This document shows positions 37,360 to 49,201 of a stretch of DNA of 64,000 nucleotides, in pieces. Numbering within the stretch: position 1 is the first letter of the stretch; the number at the start of each line of letters is the position of its first letter. The position numbers were made by a program, and so were the translations under genes. The notes beneath the pieces are model-generated. The model was not told where the DNA came from, did no database searches, and saw only the letters and a program-made list of their open reading frames with translations. This DNA comes from Candidatus Moanibacter sp. (GTDB taxonomy: Bacteria; Verrucomicrobiota; Verrucomicrobiia; Opitutales; UBA2987), in contig CBDCEW010000104.1 in NCBI GenBank assembly GCA_965215885.1, positions 256,001 through 320,000 on the forward strand, written 5' to 3'.

Positions 37360-40300
37360 TCAATCATGAACATTCTTTGCCGTGATATTTGCGCCTACTA
37401 CTGCCGTATGCCGGCGTAGCTTCTGATAGATTTTCGGCTTGACCTCCCACGTCATGCTTTGGCCGATGTCAGATGTCGCCACATGGTTGTCATCGAAGAG
37501 GAATCCCACCTGAACGGCAGTGCTTCCTTCATTATCTTCGAGCGTCTCCATGAGATCTCGGAGAAATTCATCAGCTGTCTGATCGGGGCGAAGAATCCAT
37601 TCGATGCGGGAAATTAATGACGAAATTCTGTCCTCAAGGGAAACAGCGGAATTAGCGCTGAGGCGTGAATCGCCGTTACGGTTCAGGACAGTCCCCTTGA
37701 GCAGAACGAGCCTGCCGTCAATGAGGAGATCTTTGCACTTTTCGTAGGCCTCGGCGCAGACATTTACGGAGAACGATGTCTTTCTGGTTCCGAGTTGGAG
37801 AATGGCCCAGGGGCGATTGTCGCGCCGAGAGATCTTCTTTGCCACATTAGTGATGACGCCACAGAGGCGAAAAGGAGAGCGGTCAGGCAGGTCGATGGCG
37901 GCGTTTTCCTGAAACGAGTCGATTGCCTCGTCGAGACCGCGAAAAGGGTTCATGGGATGGCCCGAAACGTAAAAGCCGAGGAGTTCCTTTTCATCCTGCA
38001 ATCGCTCTTGTATGGTCATGGCGTCAGTTTCAGCTGTCTCCGCCATCACTCCGACCGCTGATGCCGCGCCATTTTCCAGGAGCACCCCACCTTCATCAAT
38101 ATCGAGCATATCGAAGAATGACTCTTGTCCTCTTTCCCGATCCCGCTGCATGCTCGCGATACCCTGAAGAATGATGTCAAGGTGCTCGATGAGAGCGCCG
38201 CGATCGTCCTTCGAATAGTCGAACGCCCCGGATTTTATGAGACATTCGGATACTCTTCTATTGACCGCTTTTGTGTCTACCCGGTTGGCGAAATCCCGGA
38301 AGTCCGTGAAAAAACCGTTAGCTTCTCTCTCCTCCAGAATGCGTGTGGCGGCCGAGTCTCCCACTCCTTTGATGGCGGCGAGTCCGAAGCGAATGCTGCT
38401 ACTGCCATTTTTGGAAGGTTCTTCGGACTGATCTGAGCCGCCTCCGTTCATGACCGGTGTGAAACTTTCACGAGATTGATTAATCTCCGGACCGTGCACC
38501 GGGATATTCATGGCAGAACACTCGTCGATAAAGTGAGCGACCTTTTCGGAATTACCGAGCTCGCTGGAAAGAAGCGCTGCCATATACTGTACCGGGTAGT
38601 TTGCCTTTAGAAATGCGGTCTGGTAAGTGAGCATTGCGTAGGCGGCGGAATGGGATTTGTTAAACCCGTAACCGGCGAATTTCTCCAGAATGGAAAATAG
38701 CTCGAGGGCCGTTTTACGATCAATCCCATTTGTGCTTTTGGCTCCTTCGACAAAGGTCTCGCGCTGCTCCTCCATCACTTCGCGTTTCTTCTTGCCCATC
38801 GCGCTTCGAAGAATATCGGCTCCACCCAGGGTGTAGCCCGCGAGAACTTTGGCGGCCTCCATAACTTGTTCCTGATAAACCATAACGCCATAGGTTTCGC
38901 GGCAGATGTCCTCCAGGAGAGGATGGGGATATTGTATTGAGGATGGATCATGTTTACCGCGCACGTAGTCAGGAATCCAATCCATCGGTCCCGGTCGGTA
39001 GAGCGCGATGAGGGCAATGATCTCTTCAAACTTGGAGATCCCAAACTGTCGGCAGAGGCTACGCATGCCTCCCGACTCCATCTGGAACACCCCAATCGTC
39101 CTGGCCGCGTTAAGCAGTGAGAAAGCCTTTTCATTTTCCAGAGAAATGGTATCGATATCAAATGTGGGGGAGGCAGTGCGTCGCACGTGATCGACTGCGT
39201 CGGCAATAACGGTAACAGTCTTCAAACCGAGAAAATCGATCTTGGGTAAGCCGAGTTCCTCTACCGGACCTTTGGCGTATTGGGTAGTAAGCACTCCGTC
39301 CTGAAGGGTCAGGGGGATGTACTCAATCAGAGGACGGTCGCCAATAATAACCCCGGCGGCATGGGTTCCGGTGTTTCTGACCATCCCTTCGATGATTTTC
39401 CCATGATCGAGAATCTTTTCCGCGAGCGGATTGGTATTCACTTCGTGCTGCAGTTCGCGACTCTTCTCGAGGGCGCCTCGGAGAGTGATGTTGAGGTCGT
39501 CGGGGACCATCTTTGCAATGCGGTCGGCGTCGGCATAGGGGATGTCGAGGACGCGGGCGACATCCCGAACCACCATCTTGGCGCCAAACTTACCGAAAGT
39601 AATGATATTTGCTACACACTCTTCACCATATTTTCTGCGCACGAAATCAACCACTTCGCCGCGGCGGCGCATGCAGAAATCGATGTCGAAATCAGGGGGT
39701 GAGACTCTTTCAGGATTGAGCATTCGCTCGAAGAGGAGTTTGAAACGGATGGGATCGATGCCTGTGATATTAGTGAGATAGGCTACGATACTTCCGGCTC
39801 CCGAACCACGTCCCGGACCGACCGGAATCTCTTCTGCAATGGCCCAGTTCATGAAATCCTGGACGATCAGGAAAAAATCGACGAAACCGGTTTTTTCGAT
39901 GGTGGCCAGTTCGTAGTCGACTCTTTCGATGAGGAAGCGGGCATAGGCCGGATCTTCCGCGCTATCCGGATCGTGATAATCGGTTCGGTAACGTTTCTTG
40001 AGTCCATCCACGCATAGATGTTTCAGGTATTCCGAGTGACTATTCCAGCTGCTCCCATTCTTCCTGGGAGCGGAAAATATCGGGAAACGGCTTTTCCCGA
40101 AGGGAATATCAACTTCACACATATCCGCCACCTTGGAGGTATTAGCGAGAAATTCTGGCCTCTCTCCAAAAAGCGTCTCCATTTCGCTACGCGATTTCAG
40201 GTAGAAATTATCATTGGCGTATCGCATACGCTCACGATCGGCGACTCGGGAAGCGGTTTGAATACAGAGAAGCGCATCGTGGGCCTCAGAATCGCTCCGA

Positions 40301-40944
40301 TCCACAAAATGGACGTCGTTTGTGCAGACAACTCTAAGATCAAATTCGCCGGCCAGTTTGAGTAAATCCGGGATTATCTTTTGCTGCTCCGGGAGATTGT
40401 GATCCTGAATCTCAACAAAGTAGCTCTCCCTTCCAAAAATATCGACGAACCGGCCCACCCATTCTCTGGCCTCCTTGTAATTCTCGGCCAGGAGATGTTG
40501 GGGAACGATCCCCTGGAGGCATCCCGTGAATCCGACCAGACCCTCGGAGTGGGCTGCAAGTCTCTCCATGTCGGTACGAGGCTTATAGTAAAAACCGTTG
40601 ATGTGGGCGTCGGTTAGGATTCTTGAGAGATTCTGGTATCCCTTGTAGTTGCGCGCGATAAGGCCCATGTGGTAGTACTTATGCCGACTCCGTTCCGGTC
40701 TTTCCGCCCGATCGTGCGTAACGAGGTAAATCTCGCATCCCAGAAGTGGTTTAATGCCGTGCGCCTTTGCCTGTTTGTAGAAATCGATCAGGCCAAAGAG
40801 ATTTCCATGGTCGGTGATTGCAAGCGCCGTCATACCGAGAGTCGAAGCCTTTTCCATCAGGCGGTCGATTCGGCAGGCCCCATCGAGGAGGCTGAAATCG
40901 GTGTGCAAGTGAAGGTGAACGAAATCCTTATCAGCGAGGGCCAT
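37360..40944 (-). CDS. dnaE: DNA polymerase III alpha subunit
   Basis: [19 protein letters not shown] domain, [29 protein letters not shown]. Confidence 0.97.
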   Translation of the reverse strand: MALADKDFVHLHLHTDFSLLDGACRIDRLMEKASTLGMTALAITDHGNLFGLIDFYKQAKAHGIKPLLGCEIYLVTHDRAERPERSRHKYYHMGLIARNYKGYQNLSRILTDAHINGFYYKPRTDMERLAAHSEGLVGFTGCLQGIVPQHLLAENYKEAREWVGRFVDIFGRESYFVEIQDHNLPEQQKIIPDLLKLAGEFDLRVVCTNDVHFVDRSDSEAHDALLCIQTASRVADRERMRYANDNFYLKSRSEMETLFGERPEFLANTSKVADMCEVDIPFGKSRFPIFSAPRKNGSSWNSHSEYLKHLCVDGLKKRYRTDYHDPDSAEDPAYARFLIERVDYELATIEKTGFVDFFLIVQDFMNWAIAEEIPVGPGRGSGAGSIVAYLTNITGIDPIRFKLLFERMLNPERVSPPDFDIDFCMRRRGEVVDFVRRKYGEECVANIITFGKFGAKMVVRDVARVLDIPYADADRIAKMVPDDLNITLRGALEKSRELQHEVNTNPLAEKILDHGKIIEGMVRNTGTHAAGVIIGDRPLIEYIPLTLQDGVLTTQYAKGPVEELGLPKIDFLGLKTVTVIADAVDHVRRTASPTFDIDTISLENEKAFSLLNAARTIGVFQMESGGMRSLCRQFGISKFEEIIALIALYRPGPMDWIPDYVRGKHDPSSIQYPHPLLEDICRETYGVMVYQEQVMEAAKVLAGYTLGGADILRSAMGKKKREVMEEQRETFVEGAKSTNGIDRKTALELFSILEKFAGYGFNKSHSAAYAMLTYQTAFLKANYPVQYMAALLSSELGNSEKVAHFIDECSAMNIPVHGPEINQSRESFTPVMNGGGSDQSEEPSKNGSSSIRFGLAAIKGVGDSAATRILEEREANGFFTDFRDFANRVDTKAVNRRVSECLIKSGAFDYSKDDRGALIEHLDIILQGIASMQRDRERGQESFFDMLDIDEGGVLLENGAASAVGVMAETAETDAMTIQERLQDEKELLGFYVSGHPMNPFRGLDEAIDSFQENAAIDLPDRSPFRLCGVITNVAKKISRRDNRPWAILQLGTRKTSFSVNVCAEAYEKCKDLLIDGRLVLLKGTVLNRNGDSRLSANSAVSLEDRISSLISRIEWILRPDQTADEFLRDLMETLEDNEGSTAVQVGFLFDDNHVATSDIGQSMTWEVKPKIYQKLRRHTAVVGANITAKNVHD

Positions 40945-41233
40945 AGCTGGGAAATGAAGGGCGCTTAGATCGGTAATCCAATTCGCAAATTCGAAGGGGT
41001 ATGCCGAGGCGATTCAAGCAGGAATTGATAGAACTTATTCACATTCCGAGCCTGAGGAGGTTCGGGATAGATGCTTGTTCGTAGGGCGTAGTCGTAATCG
41101 TCGTCGAAGGGCGGTTTGTGCTTCTCGACTTTCGATTACGAATAAGATTGGTTGAGTGTGTGAAATGCGCGGGGTAAAAAAAAGTTGACCTCGTGTTGTA
41201 AAACTGCCTCATTCTTCAACTCTCATTCTAACT

Positions 41234-41434
41234 ATGCCGGTTGAAGTAAGAATTCGTAAAGGCGAACCGATGGAGCGCGCCCTCCGCCGTCTCAAGAAGA
41301 GGCTGGATCGCGAGGGAGTGATTCGCGATGTGCGGGCCAAACGTTATTTTGAAAAGCCGTCTGAGGTAAGACGGCGAAAAAAGAAGATCGCTGCCTTTTC
41401 GAACATGCTGAGAGTTCGCCATGAGAACCTGTGA
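41234..41434 (+). CDS. rpsU: 30S ribosomal protein S21
   Basis: ERALRRLKK..REG....RYFEKPS..RRRK. Confidence 0.95.
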   Translation: MPVEVRIRKGEPMERALRRLKKRLDREGVIRDVRAKRYFEKPSEVRRRKKKIAAFSNMLRVRHENL

Positions 41435-41597
41435 GCTGAGCCCGAAGGTTCTGCGAATCTTCGGGCTAGGTACTCCGATTTGCAGGTTCGGACATTAGGC
41501 GTTTACGGTATTCAGGTTCCAAGGCTGTTGCTGTGAGTGCTGCGCGGCGGCGGGTTCTCTTTCGAAATCGAGGATGCCGTGTGCGACATCAGCCGTA

Positions 41598-42542
41598 ATG
41601 AAGCCGAAAATCGCACTTTCCACCTGTTGGTGCTCACATCGGCACACCGATGGCTACGAAATGGCCAGGGAGATCAGCGAAATCGGATTTCGCTACGTAG
41701 AACTGAGCCATGGGATTCGGATTTCTTTGGTGCCTGGGATTCTCAAGGCACTCGAGGAAGGAATCGTGGAGGTGGTTTCGGTGCACAACTTCTGCCCATT
41801 ACCAACCGGAATAATGGGGGCGGCGCCGAATATCTACGAGCCCACCTCACCTGATCGAATAGAACGCGAGCAATGGCTGCGACACACCAGGCGCACTATT
41901 GAATTCGCTAACCGGGTGGGCGCCGACAGGGCTGTCCTACATTCCGGATCAGTCCGTTTCTTCTGGCGCCATCCGGATAGAGTCATCAATCGCTACCTTG
42001 AGAGCCGCCATCCATCCGAACTGAAGGGTGACGCCACCTATGAGAGGCTCCTGGAGAAGATTTTGGCGCGAATGCGCGCCAAAGAGAGATCATTCATGGA
42101 GCGGCTGAAAAAGTCATTCGGGGAGGTTATACCTTTCGCGAAAGAAAATGGCGTAATGTTGGGAGTCGAAAACCGCGAAGGTGTTGCGGAACTCCCTCTC
42201 GATGGGGAATTGGGCGGATTACTCGATGAATTTAATGACAGCGAGACTTTGTACTATTGGCACGATTCGGGCCATGCCCAACTCAAGGAGAGAATGGGAA
42301 TTGTGACGCACGAGCAATTGCTGCTGGAGAATAACAAACGCCTGATCGGATTTCATCTCCATGATGTCAATGAACAGGAGATGGACCATCAACCCATCGG
42401 AACGGGCACGATCGATTTCCAGATGATCCGGAACTTCATCAGGCCGGAACAGGTTATCGTGATAGAGTTGAACCCCCGCTTGAAGGCGGAAGCGGTGATC
42501 GCCTCGCGAGGTTATCTAAACAAGCTGTTGGAGGGCGTGTAG
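41598..42542 (+). CDS. Sugar phosphate isomerase/epimerase-family TIM-barrel protein
   Basis: VELSH, SVHNFCP, VLHSG, GVENRE, WHDSGHA, HLHD, DHQPIGTG metal-binding motifs. Confidence 0.85.
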   Translation: MKPKIALSTCWCSHRHTDGYEMAREISEIGFRYVELSHGIRISLVPGILKALEEGIVEVVSVHNFCPLPTGIMGAAPNIYEPTSPDRIEREQWLRHTRRTIEFANRVGADRAVLHSGSVRFFWRHPDRVINRYLESRHPSELKGDATYERLLEKILARMRAKERSFMERLKKSFGEVIPFAKENGVMLGVENREGVAELPLDGELGGLLDEFNDSETLYYWHDSGHAQLKERMGIVTHEQLLLENNKRLIGFHLHDVNEQEMDHQPIGTGTIDFQMIRNFIRPEQVIVIELNPRLKAEAVIASRGYLNKLLEGV

Positions 42543-42768
42543 GTGGCGGGTTATGCCGGGTTCGTCCACTGCCGTGCGGTAGGGTCTTACATATCGTTCT
42601 CGTAATCGTGCTCGTTCTCGAGAGTTGCCGAATCACCAGAACGATTATTCTACTCAGCGGGAAGCACGCAATCTGATATGGACGCTTGCAGGGGAAATGA
42701 AAGCCGGGCACGGTATTCAAGTCACAGAAACAGGACAGGAGTTTGTATCCCCAATCAAAGGAAAGAAA

Positions 42769-44082
42769 TTGAAATCGCTGACCAATTTCATGGGTCTCGC
42801 TGCCTTCGCAGGTATCCTCGTCGTTTTGTTAGGGTGCGGCACTATTCCTGAAGAACGTTGGTGGACTTATCAAAAGGATTCCGTCCATTCATCGCTTTAC
42901 CGGGGTAGGGATGTTGCGCTTCCTCTGGAAATGGTGTGGGAGCGTAGTTACTCCACTGAGGGAGGCCCGACCGCGCTGGTGGGCCCAGCTGTCTTCGGTG
43001 AAGACCATGTCTACGTTCCAGTTCATCAGGATCACGAGAGCTGGTTGGTGGCGCTGAGATTGACCGACGGCGCGGAACACTGGATCTTCAGACCCGAAGG
43101 CGAATCGATCGTCCGGGCATATATTCATGCGCCGCCGGTAGTCGTCAACGACATGATCTACGCTGTTTTTCAGATTGAGGAATCTGATGGTCAAACTGGT
43201 GTTTGGATGTACGCCCTTGACCGAGAAGGTGCTCAGTTGTGGAAGTCCACGTCGGATGCGAGGAGTGCTGCCATCGTTGGAACTATGACGGCAGCTAACG
43301 ATCTGATTCTCTACTGCCTTAAACACCCTGGCGGGATATTTCTCCATGCCATTCGGCAGGACAACGGGGAAGAGGCGTGGCGCTTTCCCATTGATATCGG
43401 GGCTGCTTCTTTAAGTGTAAGCTACAAGGAGGTATCTCCGATTGTTATAAATGATATGATTATCGTCCCGACTTGGGCGGACATTCGCGCGATAAAGTTA
43501 GAGGAGCCGCATGAAATTTGGCGGTTTAGTTATCCGGAGGAAGCGAGAAACGGATCGCCAGTGTATGCTGCCTATTCAGGCCATCATCTTCCCCATGTCT
43601 ACGTCTCGTCGGTCCTTAACGATGGAACCGCAAGGCTCTATGCGCTTGACTCCTGGACCGGCAATCAAATGTGGCTGGTGGAGGAACGCGTTTCTTCGGT
43701 CGGCCAGCGATCCGCGATCGGGGCGATCGATTACGGTTCACGGGTAGTTTTATTGGCTGGTGAAAGTATCTTTGGCATCAGTCCGGGCTCTGGAAACGTC
43801 ATGTGGTCCTTACAAGATGACGATTTGGAATTGCAAAGCGCGCCCGCGTTTTCCCGGCATTCGGCGAATACGCCGGGAGTTCCGAATCAGGTTATGTTTT
43901 ATACCAGTCAATTCGGGGTCTACGCACTGAATCCCTTTGATGGCGTCTCCATGTGGTCGGAAGTGCTCTTCACGGGCGGAGTGGCGGACTTCAACAAATT
44001 GCTGGGTGGAGTCAGCATCGATCATGGCCTCGTCGTTGCTTCTATCCGCAATGTGGTTCGCGCTTATGCGTCGGCTGAGTAG
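42769..44082 (+). CDS. PQQ-like beta-propeller (BamB-like) lipoprotein
   Basis: Lipobox VLLGC after a hydrophobic stretch; repeated LVALRLTDGAEHW, LYALDSWTGNQMW, VYALNPFDGVSMW. TTG 42769 or ATG 42790 start. Confidence 0.75.
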   Translation: MKSLTNFMGLAAFAGILVVLLGCGTIPEERWWTYQKDSVHSSLYRGRDVALPLEMVWERSYSTEGGPTALVGPAVFGEDHVYVPVHQDHESWLVALRLTDGAEHWIFRPEGESIVRAYIHAPPVVVNDMIYAVFQIEESDGQTGVWMYALDREGAQLWKSTSDARSAAIVGTMTAANDLILYCLKHPGGIFLHAIRQDNGEEAWRFPIDIGAASLSVSYKEVSPIVINDMIIVPTWADIRAIKLEEPHEIWRFSYPEEARNGSPVYAAYSGHHLPHVYVSSVLNDGTARLYALDSWTGNQMWLVEERVSSVGQRSAIGAIDYGSRVVLLAGESIFGISPGSGNVMWSLQDDDLELQSAPAFSRHSANTPGVPNQVMFYTSQFGVYALNPFDGVSMWSEVLFTGGVADFNKLLGGVSIDHGLVVASIRNVVRAYASAE

Positions 44083-44192
44083 GAATTCAGTTAAGGGGAT
44101 TGCAGTTGGGGTTTGTTGATTCGGCCGCCACCGATTTTGGGGCCTTTTTGAGTTTAAGTAATATTTCTGATTGTGCGAAGCGAGTCACGTAT

Positions 44193-45758
44193 ATGAATGA
44201 AGGAAGAAGATCTTGCTCTCCAGTTTCGGTGATGCTCGGGCTCTTGGTAGTTGGGTTTGTTTCCGCTTGTTGTGGGCCCACTGGGGGCACCCCAGTGCAA
44301 CGCGATTTGGTGATTGTTACCATAGGCAACTCGTATGCGGCAGGAGAAGGAACTCCGGATATGAAATGGAATGAGATTGGACCGAATGCCTTGCCGGTTG
44401 TAGAGCCCATCTGGGATCTTAGGGCGGTTCAGTCAGGAAATCAGTCCTTGGCCGATGAGGCGGTGCAATGCCATCGTTCGAATAATTCCGGCCCTGTGCT
44501 GGCGGCAGCCGCCCTGGACGCACTTAATGGGGTCTCAGTGACATTCAGGTCCTTTGCATGTTCAGGCGCAACGATCGACAGTGGCATCCTGGGCGAACAT
44601 AGAGGCATATTCCACCGGACAAGAAACTTTCCGCTTCTGGACCGTCAAATTGATCAGGTGAGATCCTGGATGATCGCGGAAGGAATTAACAATATCGATG
44701 CCCTCATCGTATATGCGGGTGGCAACGATGTCGGTTTCGGACCTATTATAGCAAACTGCCTGGACCCGTTTATCGGTGATTGCTCTACGGATCCAGAGAC
44801 ATTAACTCTGTTTATCGCCGGCGATGGTGGGAGAGTCATCGGTTTCTTTCAACTCCCGGATGCATTTGCCCGATTGAACACTGCCATTCAAGCCGAGCTT
44901 AGCCCGGGGAACACCTTCATTGCAGAGTACCCTCCCCTCGTGAAGAATAAAAGGGGGAGGTATTGCGATGGATTTGATGACGGCTTTTTGGTCGAAAGTA
45001 ACCTCGATCCCGTTCCAGTAATAACACTCCCCGGTTATTCGAGCAGATCAGGAACGATGACTATCGGTCTGGGCGCGGGCACCCAGAATATTTCTAGGTC
45101 AGAAAATAAATGGGTTTATGAATCCGTTGCGCTGAACTTAAACAACGCGATCAAGACAGCAGCGGAGACTCACGGCTGGAATTTTATGGAAGGGATCGGG
45201 GAGCTTGGTGACACCCATGGGTACTGTGCTGCTGATCGCTGGGTAAATACCCTTAAGGATTCCTGGTTCGCACAGATGGACATGTTCGGCGCTGTGCATC
45301 CCAACGAGAAGGGTCAAGAAGCATATGGGGATGTTCTAATCAAGCACCTTATTGAAGTGCTGGGCGTTAATGATGCACCTGATTTGAAACTCATGTCCAT
45401 GACAGACGATTCACGTGCTATGGTAGGCAGTGAAGAAGTGCAGTTCGAATTAACTTTCGAGATTGAGTTCGCGCCGACCGCAAATCAGCTTGAAGATATA
45501 ACGTTTGAGTACTCAATTAACGACGATTTCACCGATTCGACTCTGTTGCGGCGGGGGCCCGATATCGACACACACTTTCCGGAACTCAAATTCCGAAATC
45601 TGTTTACTGTGAGATTCCAGGAGTCGGTGCCGACGAGCGACAGATATACCGGGCAAGGCCCAACGATCTTTTACCGGTGGAGGGTGGACTATAAAAAGCC
45701 AGGTCTCAGTTCGAGGCGCTTTGAAAGCGCTGTTCGATCCATCGATCTTGAAATCTGA
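44193..45758 (+). CDS. Secreted SGNH/GDSL hydrolase-family (lipo)protein
   Basis: IGNSYAAGEG (block I), CHRS, FACSGA, AGGND (block III), HPNEKGQ (block V). Confidence 0.8.
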   Translation: MNEGRRSCSPVSVMLGLLVVGFVSACCGPTGGTPVQRDLVIVTIGNSYAAGEGTPDMKWNEIGPNALPVVEPIWDLRAVQSGNQSLADEAVQCHRSNNSGPVLAAAALDALNGVSVTFRSFACSGATIDSGILGEHRGIFHRTRNFPLLDRQIDQVRSWMIAEGINNIDALIVYAGGNDVGFGPIIANCLDPFIGDCSTDPETLTLFIAGDGGRVIGFFQLPDAFARLNTAIQAELSPGNTFIAEYPPLVKNKRGRYCDGFDDGFLVESNLDPVPVITLPGYSSRSGTMTIGLGAGTQNISRSENKWVYESVALNLNNAIKTAAETHGWNFMEGIGELGDTHGYCAADRWVNTLKDSWFAQMDMFGAVHPNEKGQEAYGDVLIKHLIEVLGVNDAPDLKLMSMTDDSRAMVGSEEVQFELTFEIEFAPTANQLEDITFEYSINDDFTDSTLLRRGPDIDTHFPELKFRNLFTVRFQESVPTSDRYTGQGPTIFYRWRVDYKKPGLSSRRFESAVRSIDLEI

Positions 45759-45977
45759 CGCGGGTGGCGGAGCCGCCGCGCTAACGGGTGTGGGAACCAT
45801 CCGTGCTTTGAGCGAGGAGTAAGGGAAGAAAGTGTTTATTCGGAACCCTCGCCCTCGAATCTTCGACAACAATAGGATTTCGCTTTTTCCGGGTGTTTCG
45901 GAGAAGCAGTAGATCGAAATCCTCACGAGATTCTCAGTTGCAACACCTTCAACCCGCGCCGAGACTCCCGCTAACCG

Positions 45978-47072
45978 ATGGAGTCCAGAGAAACACTTCC
46001 TTCCCCGATTGAGGCTGATCAGCCGCGCACAGCCCTCGCGCCGATGCAGGACGTCACGGCGCTGCCGTTTATGCGTCTGATCGCCGGATATGGGGCGCCG
46101 GATTATTTTTTCACCGAATATTTCAGAGTCCGCGCCTGCTCCCGCCTCGAACCTCACATCCTGAGATCGATTACCGAGAACACCACGGGCCGGCCCGTAT
46201 TCGCGCAGTTGATCGGTGAAAGTCTACGAGACATCAAAAGAACAGTGGAAGAGCTGAAGCACTTTCCGATCGCGGGGATTGACCTCAACATGGGTTGCCC
46301 CGCACCCAAAATCTATAAGAAAAATGTGGGCGGTGGTCTCCTGCGGGAGCCGGATCGAGTCGAAAGAATTCTTGATCTGCTGCGGCAGTCGATCGACGGT
46401 CTGTTCACGGTAAAAATGCGCATTGGTTTCGACGGAATTGCGCATTTCCAGCATCTTCTCGAACTGATCAATCGATATGGGGTCGATATGCTCAGCGTGC
46501 ACGGCCGTACTGTCAAAGAGATGTATCGAAGCGAAGTCCATTATGACTTAATCAGGTTTGCCGCCGCATCAGTCGACTGTCCGGTCCTGGCCAACGGGAA
46601 CATTACATCCGCCCGAAAGGCGGCCTGGACTCTTAAGTTCGCAGGCAGCGCGGGTGTCATGATTGGTCGTTCGGCAATTCGAAATCCATGGATTTTTCAA
46701 CAGATCCGCGATTATTTCGCCGGAAGACCTGTCTTTGCTCCCGTCCTTTCCGACGTTCGCTGCTATATTGAAAAGCTCTACCGTGGCTTGTGGGTGGATA
46801 ACATCGAGGAGCATCGGCATGTCAACCGGACGAAGAAATTCCTCAATTTTATCGGCCAGGGAGTCGATCGGGAAGGGCGCTTCCTGCACGAAGTGCGCCG
46901 AGCCCGCACCGAGGTGGAGTTGTTTACGATCTGCGACCGGCACCTGATCGATTGTGGCCGGGCCGATGTCCTATTTGCCGACGAACCCTATTCGGGGGTC
47001 GTGGCGCGTCCGAATTCTGAGGCACCGCTTGCACATTCTAGCTGTTCGGACATGCCGGTCGATTTCAGGTAA
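45978..47072 (+). CDS. tRNA-dihydrouridine synthase family protein
   Basis: LAPMQDVT, IDLNMGCP, TVKMRIG, SVHGRT, LANGNI, GVMIGR. Confidence 0.92.
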   Translation: MESRETLPSPIEADQPRTALAPMQDVTALPFMRLIAGYGAPDYFFTEYFRVRACSRLEPHILRSITENTTGRPVFAQLIGESLRDIKRTVEELKHFPIAGIDLNMGCPAPKIYKKNVGGGLLREPDRVERILDLLRQSIDGLFTVKMRIGFDGIAHFQHLLELINRYGVDMLSVHGRTVKEMYRSEVHYDLIRFAAASVDCPVLANGNITSARKAAWTLKFAGSAGVMIGRSAIRNPWIFQQIRDYFAGRPVFAPVLSDVRCYIEKLYRGLWVDNIEEHRHVNRTKKFLNFIGQGVDREGRFLHEVRRARTEVELFTICDRHLIDCGRADVLFADEPYSGVVARPNSEAPLAHSSCSDMPVDFR

Positions 47073-47355
47073 AGTGCGCCTTCACGGCTCGGAGGACGCC
47101 ACTGCGGATTGTGATTCAGACCAGTGGGGCCCCCGGCGCGCGGCCGGATCAAACCCTGCCGTAGAGCAGAGTGAAACTTGCTGTATCGGCAGGACGAAAT
47201 GCTCCCGCATTCCGCTACGCTCAATTTCGGCGCTGGTTGAGCAAGTTCCCCTCCCGCGGAGGGGTCAGGGGTGGGTTCTTTCCAAACTAATTTCCGCGTT
47301 CAAAGAACGTTAGCCAATCGCCTCGAGATCCACTCTCACATTGAATCTTAGATCG

Positions 47356-47660
47356 GTATCGTTGTAACAATCTCTCATGATCGAATTGGTAGTCCTTATG
47401 GTGCTCCTTTCGAGGACGTGAACGATTACGAGGACGAGCACGATTTCGAGAACATAGTCCGGCAAGGGCGAAAGCACTCAATACTCAGACCAGCTTTCGT
47501 TCTTCATCGAGGAGTTCTCTTATCCAACGTCGGTGGGGGCCGGATATCGCGATTTGGTCGATCTCGGCGATGGGTATCCAGGTGAGATTGGGGAATCTTT
47601 CACTTTCCTGACAAGGGAGAAGTCGGGAATAAGATTGAAGATAGATTCCCAGATTTCTTC
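47356..47660 (-). pseudogene. Duplicated, frameshifted 3' fragment of mutY plus downstream sequence (att-like direct repeat)
   Basis: 47498-47596 matches 61466-61564 at 97/99 nt; weaker similarity extends on both sides. Confidence 0.88.
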
Positions 47661-48831
47661 AGAGGTTGATCGCGAACTGACGATACACGATTCGTCCGCC
47701 TTCACCCTGCGGGTGGTCGGTGGTTCGAAACCAGACCTCCAGCTTTCCATCCTGATATAGCGCAAACGGATTGTCGGCCTTGAGGCCACACTCGATGATC
47801 GGCCTGTCGAAGCACCGCTGCCACCGGATTCCGTCATTCGAGACGGCTAGGCCGACTTTTTTCCCGAGGCCGACCTCGTCGGTGGTTCTGGACTTAGTGA
47901 GTGATCGATTGTCGTGGCCGGAGTACAGCATGTAGTAGCGATCTTCTATCTTCATCACGTGGGGGTCCGCGAGAAGTGCCGAGTCCCATCCACTGGCGGA
48001 TCGCGTGAAAATAGGTTCTGATGAGAACCTCTCCCAGTGAACTCCATCCACCGACACCGCAAGACCGATGTCGGACTGCATCTGATTCTTGTAAGCACTC
48101 CCTCGATAGTACATATACAGCAGGTCTCCCACCTGAATTACGTGCACGCCGGCAATGATTCTGGAATCCCAGCCTTCTGTATTAGCCCTGAATACTCGGC
48201 TGGTGTAATCCCATTTCTTCCGGTCCCTTGAGACCAGAAGGGAAACATCCTGAGTTCCGGCACGGTCCTCCCTGAACCAGACATACCACGCATCCCGAAT
48301 CTTTAACGCCGAAGGCGTTCCTCCACCGCGCGGGCCGAAACGATAAATCGCGTATTCAGTTGAGAGTCGCCACTCCGTGGGATTCGTCGCTTGGATGCAA
48401 TGCAGTTCGGTCTGCGCGCCGACGATGGGCACGTACTTCAGAAAGACCTGCAGCCCTCGACCTAGCGGGAGGACGTGCACTCCGGTGACTTTTCGGGGAT
48501 CTGCTGGAGTGAGGAGAACTTCGCTGGAGGTGAGCATTTTCGGTTTTTCGAGGTGGGGAAAGCTTGGCTGAATCTGCTTCGGATGAACACGATCAGTGAG
48601 CGCTGAAGTTGCCCCGCTGGCTGGCTTCCCTGCTGATTGGACCATGAGGTGAGCCTCGGAGGATCCGCTTGCGCAGGCGCAGCATGCGGCTAGACACGAG
48701 ACTCTCGTCAGGGCTCGATTCGTGTCGTTCCATGCTGCCAGCCAAATCCGCTTCGGGACATCCTCTTTCTCAATCGAGTTCAATTTGTTGGTCGCACCTT
48801 TGTCGTCGCCGCTTACATTTCTCAATTCCAT
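47659..48831 (-). CDS. Five-bladed beta-propeller glycosidase-like protein (GH32/43/130 clan); start uncertain
   Basis: Repeats WDS..IAGVHVIQVGDLLYMYYRG..IGLAVSVDGVHWER and WDSALLADPHVMKIEDRYYMLYSG..VGLAVSNDGIRWQR. Confidence 0.7.
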   Translation of the reverse strand: MELRNVSGDDKGATNKLNSIEKEDVPKRIWLAAWNDTNRALTRVSCLAACCACASGSSEAHLMVQSAGKPASGATSALTDRVHPKQIQPSFPHLEKPKMLTSSEVLLTPADPRKVTGVHVLPLGRGLQVFLKYVPIVGAQTELHCIQATNPTEWRLSTEYAIYRFGPRGGGTPSALKIRDAWYVWFREDRAGTQDVSLLVSRDRKKWDYTSRVFRANTEGWDSRIIAGVHVIQVGDLLYMYYRGSAYKNQMQSDIGLAVSVDGVHWERFSSEPIFTRSASGWDSALLADPHVMKIEDRYYMLYSGHDNRSLTKSRTTDEVGLGKKVGLAVSNDGIRWQRCFDRPIIECGLKADNPFALYQDGKLEVWFRTTDHPQGEGGRIVYRQFAINL

Positions 48832-49058
48832 TTATGACAGATTCGCCGGCTTCGAATTTCCGCAGTTTTCATTGGAACCGAGGCCCGTCGCAGCTCAGTT
48901 GAATCAAGTTGGGCGTCATTCGGAGTCGCCCACTGCAAGATTGCTTCTTCGGATCCGGCATATTGCAGTTTAGCATCTTTTAGGTTAGCCCGGACAAAGT
49001 AAACGTTTTCCTGGTTTGCGTAGCCGGGGTCGGACCTTCTAAGCTCTGTGTCAAGCAC
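48822..49058 (-). pseudogene. Degenerate pentapeptide-repeat fragment
   Basis: RANLKDAKLQYA..AILQWA..AQLDSTELRRA. Confidence 0.45.
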
Positions 49059-49201
49059 TGATTACAGGCTCTGTATGCTGGGATGCTTCGTTTTGCGGCT
49101 CTTTAGTTTTCGGTCTGTTCGGCCGCTGCAAAGTATATGGGTTTGACCGGTGTAAGAAATGCCAGCTTTGCCCAATAGGAACAGGAACCAATCCTAGATT
49201 C

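Noticed and set aside
37360..40944. Possible intein in dnaE
   Set aside because: The length (1194 aa) is typical and no intein splice or LAGLIDADG motifs are visible.
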